From the NCBI GenBank assembly GCA_000004985.1, contig GG739452.1: DNA of 1,290 nucleotides, one strand, 5' to 3'. The position numbers and the translations under genes were made by a program. Origin of the DNA: Naegleria gruberi. Lineage: Eukaryota. Shown piece after piece: positions 1 to 1,290 of this stretch. Under the pieces are notes generated by a model. That model was not told where the DNA came from. It worked only from the letters and a program-made list of their open reading frames with translations, and made no database searches. Position 1 is the first letter of the stretch; every line of letters begins with the position of its first letter.

Positions 1-455
1 AGGTTGATTGTTTTTGTGGAAATTTCACAATACGAAATCTTTACAATGCAGATCGAATCAATACTTAACTTCAATTTCATCCGTTAAATTAATACTACCA
101 CATCTTGTAAACTTGCTGTTATTTTCCACAATTTCTCAAATGTAGGTCGAGAAAGAATAGAAGTTTCCAATAATTTAGTAGAAGCAAGTTCCAATTTATG
201 TGCAGTAATCGTATAAATGAAGTAACACTTTCGAATGATGAATTAAAGCACATTTTCGGGAATGGTTTTAATTCAACTAGGTGAGCAAACTATTGTAGGA
301 GTATCTAGTTTCTTCCGAAGTAATCAATTACACAATAAACTAACAGTATACAATTTTCCGAATCTTGCGGATCATTCTTGCTCATCAAATTTTGCCATTT
401 TTTTTAAAATTTTTATTTTTGTTGTTTTTAAATTTATTATTATTATTAATTTTAA
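1..455. other. AT-rich, apparently non-coding flank 3' of the LRR gene, either an intergenic region or a 3' UTR. The longest ORFs here are 28 to 44 aa and low-complexity.
   Basis: All six frames are densely interrupted by TAA, TAG and TGA. There is no GC-rich hairpin followed by a T-run on the gene strand. The 395..470 stretch is almost pure A/T. AATAAA occurs on the minus strand at 438..433 and 417..412, but it is expected by chance at this composition. Confidence 0.4.
434..448. repeat. (TTA)5 microsatellite inside the AT-rich tract just 3' of the LRR stop codon.
   Basis: Seen in sequence: ttattattattatta at 434..448. It is embedded in a low-complexity A/T run covering about 395..470. Confidence 0.55.
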
Positions 456-1290
456 TTATTTATACAATTTAATAAGGTTTTTCATTTCACAAAGGCATTT
501 GGCTCCTCCTTTTCCAAAGCAATTGAGGCAAATATTAGGATAGGTCAAGTTTTTCATTTCACTGATGTGTTTAACTCCTTCATATTGAATACAACATTCA
601 GAAATGTCAAGATGAGTTAATTGTTCCATTTCACTAAGTAGTTTGGTTCCTTTCTCTCCAATAATATGTTTACTAATATCGAGTGTGGTCAATTGGTCCA
701 GTCCATGAAGAAAATAAACTCCAGTATCATCAATATTGTTGGATTGAATATTGAGATGAGTTAACTGTTTCATTCTACTAATGTGTTCGAGTCCTTGATT
801 GCCTATTTCATTGAAACTGATATTGAGATTAGTGACCAGTGGCAGCTCACTAATGAACTTGGCTCCTTTTTCATTAATGCAAGCTGTATTTACATTAAGA
901 TTAGTCAATTGTTTCATTTCGCTTATATATTTAGCTCCATCTCCAACACTATTGTAATAAATACGAAGATCTTTTAACTTATCAAGGTTAGTGATATGAT
1001 TGAGTCCTTTACTATTAATATCATTTCTGCCAACATCGAGATAGGTTAATTGCTTCATTTCACAAATGAATTTGAATCCTTCATTTCCAATATTATTATT
1101 AGAAACACTAAGGCAAGTTAATTGCCTCATTTTACTAATCTGCATGGCTCCAATAGCCTCAATCTTGTTGCCACTAATATTTAAAGTAGTCAATTTAGGT
1201 AATTGTCTCAGTTCTTTAAAATAATGGGATCGATAACTAATATTATTAAAAGAAATATCAAGACTAGTCAATGATTTCATCAAACTAAAT
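456..1290 (-). CDS. Leucine-rich repeat protein of the ribonuclease-inhibitor-like (RNI / LRR_RI) type, with at least 12 tandem repeats of about 24 aa. It is 5'-partial: the frame is open to the window edge, and the TTG at 1283 used by the ORF track is probably internal. The stop codon TAA is at 458..456.
   Basis: Seen in sequence: an 828-nt ORF plus 7 further in-frame nt to the edge with no stop. The translation is a regular ~24-aa repeat, for example MKQLTYLDVGRNDINSKGLNHITN / MKQLTNLNVNTACINEKGAKFISE / MKQLTHLNIQSNNIDDTGVYFLHG. It carries the LxxLxLxxNxIGxxGA signature of RI-like LRRs. The residues encoded at the edge (FS-LMKSLTSLDIS) already fit the repeat consensus, so more repeats probably lie upstream. 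Repeat boundaries in + coordinates are 486..557, 558..629, 630..701, 702..773, 774..845, 846..917, 918..986 (23 aa), 987..1058, 1059..1130, 1131..1208 (26 aa) and 1209..>1290. A C-terminal partial repeat MKNLIKLYK* occupies 456..485. Exact family assignment would need an HMM search, which I did not run. Confidence 0.82.
   Translation of the reverse strand, partial: FSLMKSLTSLDISFNNISYRSHYFKELRQLPKLTTLNISGNKIEAIGAMQISKMRQLTCLSVSNNNIGNEGFKFICEMKQLTYLDVGRNDINSKGLNHITNLDKLKDLRIYYNSVGDGAKYISEMKQLTNLNVNTACINEKGAKFISELPLVTNLNISFNEIGNQGLEHISRMKQLTHLNIQSNNIDDTGVYFLHGLDQLTTLDISKHIIGEKGTKLLSEMEQLTHLDISECCIQYEGVKHISEMKNLTYPNICLNCFGKGGAKCLCEMKNLIKLYK
456..1290 (-). repeat. Intragenic tandem repeat array with a 72-nt period (one 69-nt and one 78-nt unit), underlying the LRR units.
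   Basis: On the + strand the motif (g)tttCATttcac or a close variant recurs at exactly 72-nt steps: CAT at 483-485, 555-557, 627-629, 771-773 and 915-917, then 1056-1058 and 1128-1130 after the 69-nt unit. At the intervening steps the corresponding triplet is CAG (699-701, 843-845; Leu-initiated units) and AAG (984-986). Outside this boundary motif the units have diverged at nucleotide level. Confidence 0.85.

Noticed and set aside
1-87. Short open frames touching the left edge. One is + frame 1 (1..84, ...RLIVFVEISQYEIFTMQIESILNFNFIR*). The other is a minus-strand ATG at 80..78 that opens a frame running off the edge (MKLKLSIDSICIVKISYCEISTKTIN...).
   Set aside because: Each is under 30 codons inside the window, and the two are mutually overlapping. 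There is not enough sequence to tell a real gene end or start from chance. The adjacent contig sequence is needed.
119-284. Small internal ORFs: one on the minus strand at 119..253 (44 aa, MCFNSSFESVTSFIRLLHINWNLLLLNYWKLLFFLDLHLRNCGK) and one on the plus strand at 198..284 (28 aa).
   Set aside because: They are L/F-rich and low-complexity, with no RBS-like or Kozak-like context that I can recognise and no detectable repeat or domain pattern. They are consistent with random ORFs in ~30% GC DNA.
380-455. Possible Rho-independent terminator for the LRR gene in the T/A-rich tract.
   Set aside because: No GC-rich inverted repeat precedes the U-run on the minus (gene) strand. The only pairings I could find are 3 to 6 bp AT-rich stems, for example aaacta...tagttt at about 287..314 and ccg...cgg near 368..380. 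These are not convincing.
262-543. Plus-strand 93-aa ORF from the supplied track (MVLIQLGEQTIVGV...FKIFIFVVFKFIIIINFNYLYNLIRFF...).
   Set aside because: Its 3' third overlaps the LRR gene on the opposite strand. The middle part is a translation of the pure A/T low-complexity tract (F/I/K/N runs) and it has no recognisable domain pattern. Most likely this is a chance ORF in AT-rich DNA.
783-977. Plus-strand 64-aa ORF lying entirely antisense within the LRR coding region.
   Set aside because: Antisense shadow ORF of a strongly periodic coding repeat, since the complementary strand of the LRR frame happens to be stop-poor here. It has no independent coding signal and the product is low-complexity.
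456-1290. The regular 72-nt periodicity could be mistaken for a CRISPR array or a satellite.
   Set aside because: The period carries a continuous open reading frame with position-specific conserved Leu, Asn and Gly codons. There is no identical direct repeat alternating with unique spacers and no leader. It is a protein-coding tandem repeat.
456-1290. Assigning the gene to a specific organism or named family member, for example a Legionella or Rickettsiales effector or a glomeromycete RNI-like protein.
   Set aside because: I cannot run a homology search. Composition and repeat type fit several AT-rich bacterial endosymbionts and several AT-rich eukaryotes equally well, so naming one would be a guess.

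Overview
This AT-rich window (about 30% GC) is dominated by one minus-strand gene. It is a 5'-truncated open reading frame at 456..1290, whose stop codon TAA lies at 458..456, with no in-frame stop between the TTG/ATG at 1283 and the window edge. It encodes at least 12 tandem leucine-rich repeats of about 24 aa, with consensus (I-S-E)-M-K-Q-L-T-x-L-[DN]-I-S-x-N-x-I-G-x-[EQK]-G-[AL]-[KE]-x-I-S-E. This is a eukaryote-like, ribonuclease-inhibitor (RNI/LRR_RI)-type LRR solenoid. The repeat is also visible in the DNA: a 72-nt period carries a conserved boundary motif on the coding strand (GAAATGAAACAATTAAC; TTTCATTTC on the + strand), with one 69-nt and one 78-nt unit. The rest of the window (1..455) lies 3' of this gene. 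It is very AT-rich, has no convincing ORF, and shows no clear Rho-independent terminator. It carries AATAAA-like hexamers on the gene strand, so I cannot tell whether the source is a bacterium carrying a eukaryote-like LRR effector (as in Legionella, Rickettsiales or Amoebophilus) or an AT-rich eukaryote with an expanded RNI-like family. The two plus-strand ORFs in the supplied track (262..543, 783..977) look spurious. I see no RNA genes, CRISPR arrays, mobile-element hallmarks or a multi-gene system here. The only system-level lead is the LRR protein, whose N-terminal domain lies outside the window.
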